Positions 39,498 through 51,900 of a stretch of DNA of 64,000 bases are shown here, piece after piece. The stretch lies in contig NMRA01000896.1 of assembly GCA_002633005.1 (NCBI GenBank), forward strand, positions 43,270-107,269, given 5' to 3'. Both the position numbers and the translations under genes were made by a program. Position 1 is the stretch's first letter. Each line of letters begins with the position of its first letter. The notes under the pieces were generated by a model. That model had not been told where the DNA came from and did no database searches. It saw only the letters and a list, made by a program, of their open reading frames with translations. The stretch is from Phoronis australis. Lineage: Eukaryota; Animalia; Phoronida.

Positions 39498-41386
39498 AGG
39501 AGAATGCCACCCAAAAAACAACCTAGTTTGTATCATTTTAGATCGAGTAGTTCCACTCAATAACAGCAAGTACAGCTCTTTTACCTGATACCTGACGGCA
39601 GACACAGGTGTTGAAATTAACCAATGACGTCAGGGGTTCGAAAGCAGTCTGTTCAGCAGTTCACAACACGCTTACTAGTGTCAGCTTGTCGCTTGAATTC
39701 ATCGTTTTACACTAATAAATCATCAAAACCCTTACAAATATATCGAGCTATTGAACAAACGTGTTATTTTATTTCGCTGTTACGTATTTTGAGGTATTTG
39801 AGAGTACCGTGGCCTACAAAGTTCGATAGCCAGAACAATTTACCAAGGTAGGTCGCAGGAGTTGAGGGTCTGTTCGGGGATAAGACCAAGCTTTCGTCCG
39901 TAACAGGAGAACATAGGTGTGTGTTGTAATTTTAGACTTGCGATTTCTTTCAGTTCTAAACACACAAAACGCTTGCTATCCCGGATAGTGGTCGGAGCCG
40001 AATCAGGCCCATCGCGGCCGGACTGAAGACATCACGAACATAAACCAACCAAATTGGAAACTAAACTTCCAGTCACGAAAAGACTATTCTAGTGATCCAA
40101 AGAAAAAATGTGCACGTGATTATTTTGGTGAGTTAGCCGCGAAACTGAAAGTTGTACAGTGACAATGATTCGAATAATGTATATGAATATCTAAATAAAG
40201 ATTCCCCCAACATCAGACCATAGGATATAAAATCGAGTTATTGTTTCACAGCAGCTCTCTGTCAGCAAACAATGAATTAATATGCGATGACACGGCCTCG
40301 GTAACCGGTCAATTACCTTATTGTATCTAAAGCCCCGCGGTAGCGCAGTGATTTATTCGTTGCTGGCTTCTCAAAACATTTGCACACACGAACACTCCAA
40401 GGCATTACAAATTGTATCTAATGAGAAGACTTTGTTTCAGTTTCATATAACCATTGGTTAGGATGAGAATAATTCATTTCGCAACAGAATACAACTAATA
40501 AACGTCAACGTAGCAACTCGCAATCCCGACTTAGACGAACTGTTCATCAGGTGAAGACTTCATAGGTCGACCGTTAGGTTTCAAAGGCTATCAGTTCGAA
40601 CCGGAATACACGGATCAAGAAATAATAGAGAAGCTCCGTGAACGTGCACAGACAACGGAACATATGAATGACTTATCATATGGTGTCAGTGAGATAACTG
40701 CTCGATAATGGAAACGACTGACTTTTGCGTTTGCTGCCACGAAATTCCGCTAGTGAAACGAAGCGCAGATGTATCTCACGGACCATCCTGATTTTGCACC
40801 GCATTTAAACAGATATGTGCTTACGACGTCTTTTTAGGGCTGAGAAAAAGAACTGGCGAAAACATCCTACACCCAGAGGACCAAACAGAAGCCTTACGAA
40901 CCAGTCAGATCAGTCATCAAACAAGTTATATAAAACGTTATGTTCTCACGCCTTGAATTAATTGTAATTGTTTATGTTTTCATGGCCAACTTCAGGTTTC
41001 CATAATCAAAAACTAATCAACAACCGATCCGACGAAATGCAGGCCACTGACAGACACGGATAAGTTTCACGGCCTCATACTTGCTATCAATGGCGTACTT
41101 TTCATTCTTCACTACCGCGAGCCACTTCCTAAGCATTATGGGCTCTCGAGGAAATCGAAAAAACCACATACCCGCTTTCCTCATGGCTTCATAGTTCGCA
41201 CTAGCAGGAACGATACACCACACCATAGCGGCACTTACTGTGCAGAAGAACCACTGACGTAGCTGCGTCGTTTCTCACCTTCCTCACAGGTTAACGCGAC
41301 ACCTCTCGGCGAGGTAAGATAACCGTATACGAGGTGATGTAGATATATACCGATGAAGACGGTAAAAAAGCTGGTGGCATTCTTCT
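39498..41386 (-). mobile_element. Kolobok-like non-autonomous DNA transposon with THAP remnant
   Basis: TTAA|AGGAGAATGCCACC ... GGTGGCATTCTTCT|TTAA (14-bp TIR, 1 mismatch); degenerate THAP ORF at 41017-41226 (MVWCIVP...FFRFP...RKW...RVC). Confidence 0.8.
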
Positions 41387-41939
41387 TTAAAGTAAATATG
41401 CCAATGATTCTACAGTATACTTATACTGCCTGCAAGATGAGCATTACGTAATACACACGGGATTCATTATTCAGAAAACAGTGTTTTCCCAATTACATCA
41501 ATGCGCTTGGCCTGTTTCCGTTTCGTTGCCGTGCGTTTACACGTGCACTTGCTCCTGAACTAATATCCGAACAAAAAGTCCAGGACCTCCATCAAACTTT
41601 CAGGATATGAGGGTAGTCAATGTCGCGTAACTGTACTGATTTCTGACGAAATTGGTACGCGACAAGCTCTGTTGTTTCTTAGAATCGTCGAGGAATCATG
41701 ATATTGGAGTTTTGGACCCTGTGACCCCTGCTCGAACCCATACTTGCACTGCACTCCACAGGGACTCAACAAAAACCGCAAGGAAATGGCAATAGTAGCG
41801 CTTGGTCATAAGTTCATGGCAATATATTGAGTGAATATTGCGAGTCTATTTTGACATTGATTGTTTCAGTATACGGTTGAGTCGTTATGCGCCAGTAGCC
41901 GGCGTACGTCTGACCAGTCAGTAGGGCCTAATTCTTGAA

Positions 41940-42005
41940 GCGCCTGTTCAGTGGACTAGAGTGTCTGCACGGTTAGCAGAACGTCGCGGGTTCAAGTCCC
42001 AGTCA
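41940..42005 (+). mobile_element. Degenerate tRNA-like SINE head
   Basis: tgttcagtgg...GGTTCAAGTCC with A/B-box spacing; no intact cloverleaf. Confidence 0.4.
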
Positions 42006-42561
42006 TTAGGTCACGTGATGTGCGCAACAGGTGGCATGCAGACTAGACTTAAAAATAGTTGCGATCTTGGTACACTTTGTTATTAGAGTTAGTTATACGA
42101 CAAGAAGGGAAAAACGACGATAGTTCTGTTGTTGCACCAATTGTTTCGAAAACCTAGACCTCCGGGGCACACTTTTTAACTGAAATCGATATTAATGATC
42201 CCGAAATTCCATAAAATGTCGCCTTCTTTGTTTAGAGTTCAACCCAGATACACAAAATGCAAATGAAGGAATTAGAGGGGCGTTTTGAAACACCCGAGCG
42301 ATACCAGATATTAACGAGATCCATTTCAAACTAAAATAAAGTGATTAAAGGAACTTTAAAATAACTATCCAATAAAATTACTCTCTTCTTTGTTGTGTTC
42401 ATCCAATTCTATATTAAACTTGATTTTGGCTCGAAGGTATGACAAAAAATAAATTACTGGTATGTAAGTACAAACTTTTACATTTATTGTCACTTGGTGA
42501 AGCGCATTAGCGACAAAATGCTACACAAAATGCTCTATTGCTGCGCTGCTCTAGGAGTATT

Positions 42562-43832
42562 TCATAAATCACGACCGCTGTAACTTCCATTGAATAAGTT
42601 GTTGAGATAGTCATTTGTCTCTTGAATAATTTTCTCTAAACTTTCTTCTAGATAATTCTCATTTGAAACTTCGCCATTGACGCACAAACAATCGTGTCCA
42701 GCTGAACCACGCGATAAAGCTACCCCGCTTTGTTGTTGAAGACGATCTAGCTCAGGAAGGCTGTTGTCTGCTCGTTGTTTGCATCCATTAGATTGGCAAT
42801 CGAAATCAGTCATCTTAGACAACCCGTCTAGCGACTTTACTTTACGAAGGTTCTCGTCGAGTTCTCGTTTTGTGCGCAGACGTTTTCGTCGGATAGGCGG
42901 TAAACTGTTCGTGCGCTTACTAGCTGTCATTTTGGTGCATTTTGGTAAAGGTTCAGAGTTTCGAACCCACAATAGAGGGAGAACATGGCGTTTAAAAGGA
43001 GATTTCCACGAAGGCTCAAGCATCGTCTTGTGCTCAAAATGGTCACAAACTTTCGAAATTTTCAAGTTTTTTAGAGACGCAAAGATGTCGTTTTGAGATG
43101 CATGTTTGTCTCTTTGTTGAACAGTCACCATGTCTTTATTCTTGACGCCTGCAGAGTGAACAGCGTTTGATTTAGAATCCCCACAAGCTTTGGTTTCTTT
43201 CTGCAATAACTTACGAGATAACAAATCTTTCAGAAAGGACAAGTCACCAAATTCAACTGCATTGACCATCATCACTTGTCGCGGGGTACATCCAACACCT
43301 CTCCGTCTTGTAGGAATCATGGATATTTGTGTTCCTCGTAGTTTTTTGAAATCTCTTGAACGAAGAGTTTCTTGTTTTCGGAAGGGGGAACTAAGTCGTG
43401 GTATCTTAGATGACTGGTGAACTTTTAACCTTTTCATCGTGGGAAAAACATTGCCTTGTTTACCTGACCGCTTTGTTAACACTTTTAGTTGTGGGATTTT
43501 CGATGGTCGCTTACCGACACGAATGTCCACAATGCTTTCTTTTGCAGGGGCTTCACCTATAATTGACACATGACCTATACTAACTTTTTTGCTTTTCTTG
43601 AATTTGGCATCTCTTTTCACCTTGCTCGCAATGTCTTTAACTGGCTTTTCAAAGGGAAAGAGGTTGCCTTTAAGCAAACTCTTCACAGGCGACGCCGAAG
43701 CAGATTTCGGCGTTGATGAGCCTAATCTTGTAGGTGGAAGTATATTGCTAATTACGGAGTTATCCGAAGAAGGTTGTGCTGCAACAATATTACTTATCGA
43801 AGTGCCTGATGAATCTTGGGCTTTCATTATAA
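42562..43832 (-). CDS. Uncharacterised protein, exon 3 (basic, SxIP motifs); spliced product about 1064 aa
   Basis: Acceptor ttttttatctacag in matching phase 1; exon lengths sum to 3195 nt ending in TGA. Confidence 0.85.
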
Positions 43833-44007
43833 CTGTAGATAAAAAAAATTGTTAAATTTGGTCACACGCATCTTTAGTATATGTCTGTTTTGTTAAACGT
43901 GTCAAGGGTATGTTTATGTTTAAGCAAACCTTATTTGATGCGTACCTCTAGCTCGTGCAACTGATTTTTGCACATTTAGAAACATTTACAATTAAAAGCG
44001 ATCTTAC

Positions 44008-45757
44008 CTGCAGCCTCCAAAATTTCTTCCAAAAGACTTGTGCCGTTGAGTGTTTCACCTAAAGCATCGTAACGATAAAGCTTGGATAGCGATTCATCAG
44101 CTTCTGAGACAATGTTTCTCAGGGTTTCTTCAAGAGAACGGTTTGAACTACTTCTCTCATCCATTAATGACGTCACAGTAATGCCAGAATCTTTCGAATC
44201 TTTAGTTTTTCTGCATTCTCCACACGTTTTAGAAGAGTTCAATTTGTCTAGCAACTCGTCAAGATAAACTTTCGTCAACCTTTTGGCATGTTCAATCTGT
44301 AGCTTACGATTGCTAGACTGCTCACAGGCACTGGCGTCTCCGTGTTCACTGGAGATTCTGCGTTGACGATTATTTGCAGACACCAGGTTCTTTGATAGCT
44401 TATGCGTGTGAACTGATTTAACGGGCAAAGAGTCTTTGATACACTCTTTTTCAAGTCGCTCGAACTCGACCATACTTGGACTTTCCTCAACGTCAGAAAC
44501 AGACGTTTTTCTTTTAATTTCATACTTTGAGCCGATGGCGACATTTGGCGTTGATATTGATCTGGTGAACGTGTGTTTTGGCTTTGATTGTTTATATTCT
44601 TCGTTTAGCAGTGCCGAGTTGCTGTAAGTATTGTGACTAAGCCGAGATTGTGTTGAGGATGAATATTTCTTACGTTTACCAGTGGTGGCCGTGCTGGCTC
44701 CTAAATTTGCCATTGTCACAATGTCGGCAAGACGCCGTGAAACAAACTCTATACTTTCACTCATTTCAGTTGACATAAAGTCTGAACTCGCGTTTTTGTT
44801 GGAGGCAGACGACTTTTCATCGTTTGAAGCTTCGTTCAACCTTGCTGCCTTTGTGCAAAACATGTCGGAGTGATGCAAAGAGGTACTTGTACGTGCACGA
44901 GAGGAGGAGGTACACTCCAAGGCACTTCTGTACGAATCGCTCTGGCTTTTGTCTGAACATTTTTCACAATACTTTTCAGTCAACGAGACCTGTGTGTCGG
45001 GGTCATGGGAAGGCATTGGGTCACATTTAGTGTCTTCGAAACCGTTGTTACTGTCAGATGATATGTCCACGATTTTTCTATTGTTATTCATTTGTACACT
45101 CTGGTCCGAAAAGACTGCTGAACTTTTTTCTTCAATGAAGGATTCTGACGCACGAGTTTCCACATCTGCTTCAGAACTGTCTTTCATGCTGTCCGCCATG
45201 TTTGTGTCATTGGGCTCTTCTGTCGGAAACGAAGGAAGTTCATTAAGTCTAGACTTTTCCTTTTTATTTTCATGAGAACCGGATGGTCCTGTTTTAGACA
45301 TTGCAACATTCGTGGCAGCTTCAGCCTGATTTTTATCCTTTATTTCCTTTATTTGTGAGTAAACAGTTGAGTCTTTTTCTCCCACCCCAGATTCCATAAC
45401 TATGTGTTTTGTAAACCTGTCGGAGTTTTCCTTTGCTTTGGCTTGACCTTCTCCAACCGCAGTTTCACCCTGTCGCTCCAAAGGTGACGCTACGCACTTA
45501 ATAGTACGACGTCTGTCGATACAGTGGGAAAAAGAGCAACGTGGCGTCCAATTCTTAGTAACTCTTTTCAAGCGATTGTCCTTACTGTCATATCGCTTGG
45601 GTACCATGTCATTGTTTATGTAATCAGAAGACGGAATAACCCGATGGAACCATCCGGCGAGATCTCCCAGATCAATTCCCATAGATGGGACTTGAACGTA
45701 AGATGAAGCCCGTCTGCCAGTCACTTGCTTCACTGTTGCACATTTTCCACGTTTTTC
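44008..45757 (-). CDS. Uncharacterised protein, exon 2 (1750 nt, Ser/Glu/Lys-rich, probably disordered)
   Basis: Long open frame; acceptor ttcttttttcag, donor GCAG|GTAAGA (phase 1). Confidence 0.85.
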
Positions 45758-45802
45758 CTGAAAAAAGAATTACACAAGGCGTGCTCTAAAACGATTGCGA
45801 TC

Positions 45803-46001
45803 TTGTACACGGTATACCAAACGTGCGCAGCCGCACTGGTCACCTAGAACCCTTTTTATGCTTTATTACCATACTTAAAACTGAGCTGAGGAGCTTAAGA
45901 GACTTGACTGAAGGGCCTAGCAGTGTGCCCCAACTGTATTCGACTGACGTCATTGAGTAAAGGAAGCGCACGCTTATCCCACTAGGCCACAATGCCTCCT
46001 C
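45803..46001 (-). mobile_element. tRNA-derived SINE, independent copy
   Basis: A box TGGCCTAGTGG; same 5' start GAGGAGGCA and the same body as the other copies. Confidence 0.75.
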
Positions 46002-46522
46002 ACAACGCTAGTTATCTCTGACTGGAGGTTTTCGTGTGAATGGTGTTTGTGTCGATTTATGACTGCTCTGTATCTATATGGAAATTAAGTGTGACTCATA
46101 GAGGACCTTTCTAGTGTAATGAGAGCGAGAAACCTACTTCCGCTTTATTCTGACACAGATTTGGTGGACAGAAATTCACTGCGACATATAATGGTTCGTT
46201 AATTTAAAACAGAGGAACCAATCTCATTGTCAATCCCTCCCATTGTTTGATTAGATTCAAGTTTATTTTAGCTTTTTGAGATGCAGCCGCGGGTTCTTCA
46301 TCACAATGAGAAATGTATGGTACGTGATGTCCTCGATCCATGGATATTTCAGAAAGCTTGCATTTTCCGTAAGCCATTTCCATTGTCAGAATAAATATTG
46401 ATTAAATAATTAGTAAGAATAGATCCATTTTAAGTTGCCCAAAATTTGTGCATATGTACTTTTAAATCATGGGGTCAGACTTGTTGACATGTACTTTAAC
46501 GTCAAAACCTATTTTTAGAGGG

Positions 46523-47234
46523 TGTTTACAACTTTGGGTTCTGGGGTCAAGGTACTCTAGAGATTCTAGAAAATTCTGAGCACAAATTTTAAAAGCCAAT
46601 AATATGATTGGATATGATCATGTGGTTTTATTAGCCAATCACTAAATAAGTAGAATGTCATATTATGGGCCGAAATCAACAAGATAATTAGATGCGCTAT
46701 AGTAGTTGAAGCATAAAAACTTGCTATGGTGTACAGAAGCAATTGTACGACAGAGCCATCTCGTGGAAGATTCTAGAAAGGATCTTGACAAGGGCAAGGG
46801 ATAACGAACAGGAAGTTAACTAAGAGCTTCTACCTGAAGCGTTGCGTCAACAGCCAGAGACTGTGACCAGCAAGAAGAATCGCGGGTAGAAGAAATTGCC
46901 TGCAAGTGTTGCATCACCAGAGACGGTGACCAACAAGTACACTGTCGCTAAACAGTGCGTGTGTAGTTCGAAGATTCACCAACAGGACAGACATCCAACA
47001 AGTGGAGAGTCCTAGCTTGGATAGCAGATAAGATATTTGATTATTTGGGTTGATTGATTAAACTAATCTTTAAAGAGGGCGCTAGTGTAGCTAATTTTCT
47101 TTGTAGTTGATTACTTAATTAACAACATGTTTCACTTGTCTAATTAGAGGTTATCATATAATAAATTAATTACTGGGTTTGATTATTCACTCTCCATCTA
47201 CGCACAATCTCAAAGCATAGCTAGCTTTTAAACA
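46523..47234 (+). mobile_element. Possible solo LTR
   Basis: TGTTTA...TAAACA ends and an AATAAA near the 3' end, but no TSD. Confidence 0.3.
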
Positions 47235-47354
47235 AACCCACAGGCAATCGTCTGACAACCATATTCCACGGCACATCATGAAAATTTGCCGGTATTAGTA
47301 TAGCGGGAAAGGTGTTAAAACGCTTTTTATACCACAAGGTTGAAACCTCCCGAC

Positions 47355-47764
47355 TGCTGTGCGCGAACTTAGAATCCTGCTTATTCTCAAGATCGCGTAT
47401 GGGTGAATTAAGAATTGAATATTCATTTGGGCAATCAAGTGAAACTCTTTGTACAGTGTAAAGAATTTAGGTAATTATCGGCCTCATGATCACCCATTTT
47501 CTAGCGTAACTTGTGTCATAGAGTCGGAGGAATGTGTAAAAGGTTAAATGAATTATTGTTTGGTGAATAAGATAACCAGTAGTAGAAAAAGAATTGGTTC
47601 AAAGTTACCTTATTTAATTAACACGTAATTTTATTCAGTGCAGTGCAAATTTTCATCAACATGAACCATATTATTTGAGTGAACTTGTCAAATTTCCTAC
47701 TGTATTTCAAATTCACGCATACGCGAACTTGAGATTAAGCAGGATTCCAAGTTCACCCACAGCA
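47355..47764. mobile_element. MITE of the 8690-9084 family with 4-bp TSD CGAC
   Basis: cgac|TGCTGTGCGCGAACTT...AAGTTCACCCACAGCA|cgac. Confidence 0.85.
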
Positions 47765-48048
47765 CGACCAAAGTACAAGGGATCTGTAGGTGGCGCTGAA
47801 CGCCTTTCCACCGAAGACATGATTGTCTTCTGGCGGGAGAGTGAATTTCAATATGACGTGGCTATTTCAAAAATCTGCTAGTGAATGAAAACAACATAGC
47901 ATAAGAGGGCACAAGAATTGATTAACAAAACGACGTTTCAGCAGTAACTAAATACATTTTTAGAAAGATTTTTTATAAATGCCACATGGAATGTGGCTGA
48001 GATAAAGCATTCACATGCTGTCGCGATATCACCATAAATTTCAATATA

Positions 48049-48448
48049 CAGGGTGTTCCAAAAATATATTCCTTCTTGCAATGACAATAACTGCCTAGTT
48101 TATTGACTTAGAAACAAGTCTTTGAATTAAATTTAATACACTGTCCTTGTGCTTTGAGTTTCCAGTAGCATTGCGCGATGAGAATTTATTCTTCAGAATT
48201 GAATCGCTTATTTCATTGCCATCCCCGTGCATACTAAGGCTAAGCGCCGTGAGGGCTCACGTGCCCTCTTTCACAGCAAGGTGTAACCATGCAGTAGACA
48301 CTGGGGGCAATAATTGGGGAAATAGTAAATTCAGGTGAAAATGAAATATTGTTGTACGGCGGGCTTAGAGTCTGATCCACGACAACTGAATTCGAACTCC
48401 CTCTATTTTAGTGAGGTGAATGTGTGGATACATTTTTGAGACACCCTG
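48049..48448. mobile_element. Tc1/mariner-type MITE
   Basis: TA|CAGGGTGTTCCAAAAAT...ATTTTTGAGACACCCTG|TA. Confidence 0.85.
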
Positions 48449-48635
48449 TATGTATGTTAACTAAAATTTATCACTAACATGCGCTAACATATAAGGAACG
48501 GTATTTCGATCATTTGTTGAAACCGGAAGAAGAAGAAGAACTAAACTGCAAGTAACCTGTAATTTTGGTTAAAATGAGACAATACAGCATTATTGACTGT
48601 TTTCTCTGTCCTCGTTAAAATGACCAATTACCTAC

Positions 48636-48809
48636 CTTTTCATCGGGAAGCGGTTCTACACTTTCGTCATCTGATGTCAAATTGTCCAGCGAATCTGCAT
48701 CATCCGGATGTTCACTTGCCTTTACAACTAAATAAATCAAGCCAGCGGCGCCGACTCCGCTCAAAACTGCTATTGGCCAGTGATGGCGAACTTGGTTAAC
48801 AAACGACAT
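48636..48809 (-). CDS. Uncharacterised membrane-anchored protein, exon 1 (N-terminal hydrophobic anchor plus acidic stretch)
   Basis: ATG at 48809; WPIAVLSGVGAAGLIYLVV; phase-0 donor AAG|GTAGGT matches the phase-0 acceptor at 45757. Intervening exons cannot be excluded. Confidence 0.7.
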
Positions 48810-48909
48810 CCTGCGTGCTTACCGTCTCCAGACTAGAGCGACATCTAATGCGAGGGGTTCAGCAACACATGTCGTCGGCCATAACAGACTTTTGTGCGTG
48901 TCACCTTTG

Positions 48910-48917
48910 TGACGTCA
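48910..48917. promoter_or_regulatory. CRE palindrome TGACGTCA about 100 bp upstream of the minus-strand gene
   Basis: Exact motif at a promoter-proximal position; the motif also occurs elsewhere in the window. Confidence 0.3.
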
Positions 48918-51900
48918 TATCATAGTTTGAACCAAAGATGCACATCAACACGATTGTACATAGGTTTCAAAAATGAAGTTAATTAGATTGATTTACGGTG
49001 CTATATTGAAACCGGAAGCATCGTTTAGCAATGTTTCAGTAGACTACCTAAAAATGAGAGGGGCCTGCTGTCTCAGTTCTTGTTGTTTTCACAACAGGTT
49101 TATTCGAGCTTGCTCTCTATCAACGGTCGTCCGCTACAAGTTAGTTTCCATGGGATAACAATTGGCAATCCTGTTGATTTCTGATGAAGTGTGTTATAAT
49201 TGACCTCGAGCTTGACCTCTGTCTCTGCTCTATTACAACTGATACAGGCGTGCATCCATTCAAACACAGTGGGACACTTACTTAATGGATCTTCTGAGTC
49301 CTTTTACACGGACAGCCTCATTCTTAAGATTGCATTTTAAGAACTGGTATTCACTTAGCCAGTCGGCCAGCCAGCCAACCAGATTAGCGGGGAGGGAATA
49401 TGTGCAGATTTGCAAAAATTGGGCACTTTGTGACAAGTTTTTGCAATTTGGTACGCTGTTAGGTATAAGCAAAAGAAATTCAAAAAACACCGCAAACAAA
49501 GTGTGCTTACCCCCTGGTGGTTGCTACGCGCAAAATCCAATATGGCCGCCGCCGAAAATGGAAATTGGCATATGTTGGCTATTATTATCACTAGAACAAA
49601 TTGTGATATCATCGTTTCAATATTTTGGGGGGTGAGAAGTTCATTTTTGGTGCTAGTTTTATGTTTTGGGGTCAATTCCAACGCAAAACGATACTTTCAA
49701 AGCAAATGTCATTCACAAATAACTCAAATTTATTTTTGTCCTCGTAANAACTTTCAAACATTTATTTATCGATGTACGTGAAACTTCAAAAACAGCATTG
49801 TAGCTGAATAAATAACAATTCTGATCAACAATAAACGACTGTCAAATTCATAACTATGCATAAATACAAGCTATTTTGACAGAACAGACGACAAATATTC
49901 CTAGATTTTCGTTGTCATTAGTGTTGACCTGACATCATTAAAGCACAGGCCGATTTAGGGGGGGGGGGCCCTTGGCTGCCGCAAAAAAATAAAACAGTAA
50001 GAGCGTAGGGAAATTGTGAGTTTATTAACTAACCCCGGTAATTAAAATTATACGGATGAAAAAAGATTTAAATGTTTGCAGTTTTAATGTTGGTTGGGGG
50101 GAGGGCTCAAATCCAATTTCAAGTGTCAAATTCGGAACACGGCGCGTTCGTAACGGAACTATGGCTAAGTATAGAATCTCCCGCGACATCCTAGGCGACC
50201 GGCAGCGGCGCTGTGCACTACGATTCCGTTTCCGTCGTCTGCTCCACTTTGCAATGAAGAAAATTTACATTTTTTAAAGAAAATGGAGCCTGAGTGACGA
50301 TGAAAAAACGGAAGCTGCTGGTAAGATGTGAATTTTAATCGAAGCCTTAGTGAATCACTCAGAAACTCGCAATACTCTCTTTGTCAAACGGTTTCCAAAG
50401 CAATCCCGTCATTATTGCCAACACGAAAAAAGGATTTGTTGGTCTTTTGGGCATTTGAAGACTATTTCAAATACGACAAATTTGTTAAGAATTGATGGCA
50501 CAAAATATAAAACGTGTAATAAGCATTACAAAAAGAAGTAGGTTTCGCGCGCAACGCTCACATCATCTTAGACATGATAATAATTACGAATGACTTGGAA
50601 TATGTCGTTACATTCATAATTTACAAACATAATTTACGAATGATAATATCCCCAGCGGTGAAAGATATCGAGCTCGGTAAACACCGGGAGAACCCTTTTC
50701 CGGTGACATTCGAACCGGACACTTGGAAGTCGCATTGCAAAAGCTCCGTTGGGTTTTGACCAAAACCTATTACACCACTTGTGAGGTCTTGACCTAATTT
50801 TTAATTTTGGCAAATAATTTCAGAATTGAAACAAGATGGAGCTTGTGTTAAGAACGGAAAATTAAGTGCCCGTCTTTTCTTTGTTTACTGGCAAAAACGA
50901 TGCTACCAGCTTAGATAAAAAGTACCTATAGCAAAATTATAGCCGATGCTCAATAGTAAAACACAAATTGACCAGCATCAGTTCCCGGTAACCCGACAAT
51001 TTTTATACATAGTAAAAACTCTCTAAGTAGTCCAATTTACAACTATGAACAGCAAAGCATTCATAAAAATGTATACGTTTCCATTTTCACTTTCAACTAC
51101 ATCTATTGGTTTTTGACTAAATTGCATTCAAAATGGCGGAATATCCATTTCAGCGGACCTAGCACCGGTACCAGGTTCCGAGAAACAATCTTATTTTGCA
51201 ATAAATAAAGATAATTCACAATCATTTTTTTTCAAGTACATAATGCATACTGCATAATGCATAAGATATGCTTTCTTGAACACACTTTCTCTTCTTTCAA
51301 TATTTGTGCCATGAAAACAAGATCGTTCATATTCAGTTTTCAAGAGCATTGTGTAAATGAAAATAAAACAGCAACACACTGATGTTTCGTTCATCATTTA
51401 GTTCACAGAGAGCTCCGCAAGTGTCGGAATAAGTACACTCTGCCTATAGTTTTAATATATGTTTGCAGTTTTGTACCGGGAGAAGGAATCTTCTTATACC
51501 AGTGGTTCCGGTGGTCAGCTTTGGATTGGTGGATAAGTTAGTTGTAATAACCAGTTAGTTCTTAAATTTGAAAAGCTTGATTGTTGCCGTGACGTCAGTT
51601 GTACTATAGCCGCAATCCGATTATAACCTAAACCAACAATTTCATCTTTTGTCTAATCACCTTTCCGGCCGTTGGGTCAGCGCGTGTCGACGTGTGCCGG
51701 AGTCAATTCAACAGTGAGAAATCACCCTCATAATTTTTCTCCCCGACACCTCAGCAAATATCGAAGCAGATGAAGACTTTCTGCTGAGTTAAATGGCGGA
51801 GTTCTGTGATATGTTTGTCGTTACGAACTCCGCCTTTTGTTTGATCGCGTGACTGGTTGACATTTGCCCACATTTGAAAACTATTATATCGTGCGTTACC

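Noticed and set aside
42764-45706. Plus-strand ORFs overlapping the large minus-strand exons
   Set aside because: They are antisense shadows of the coding strand.
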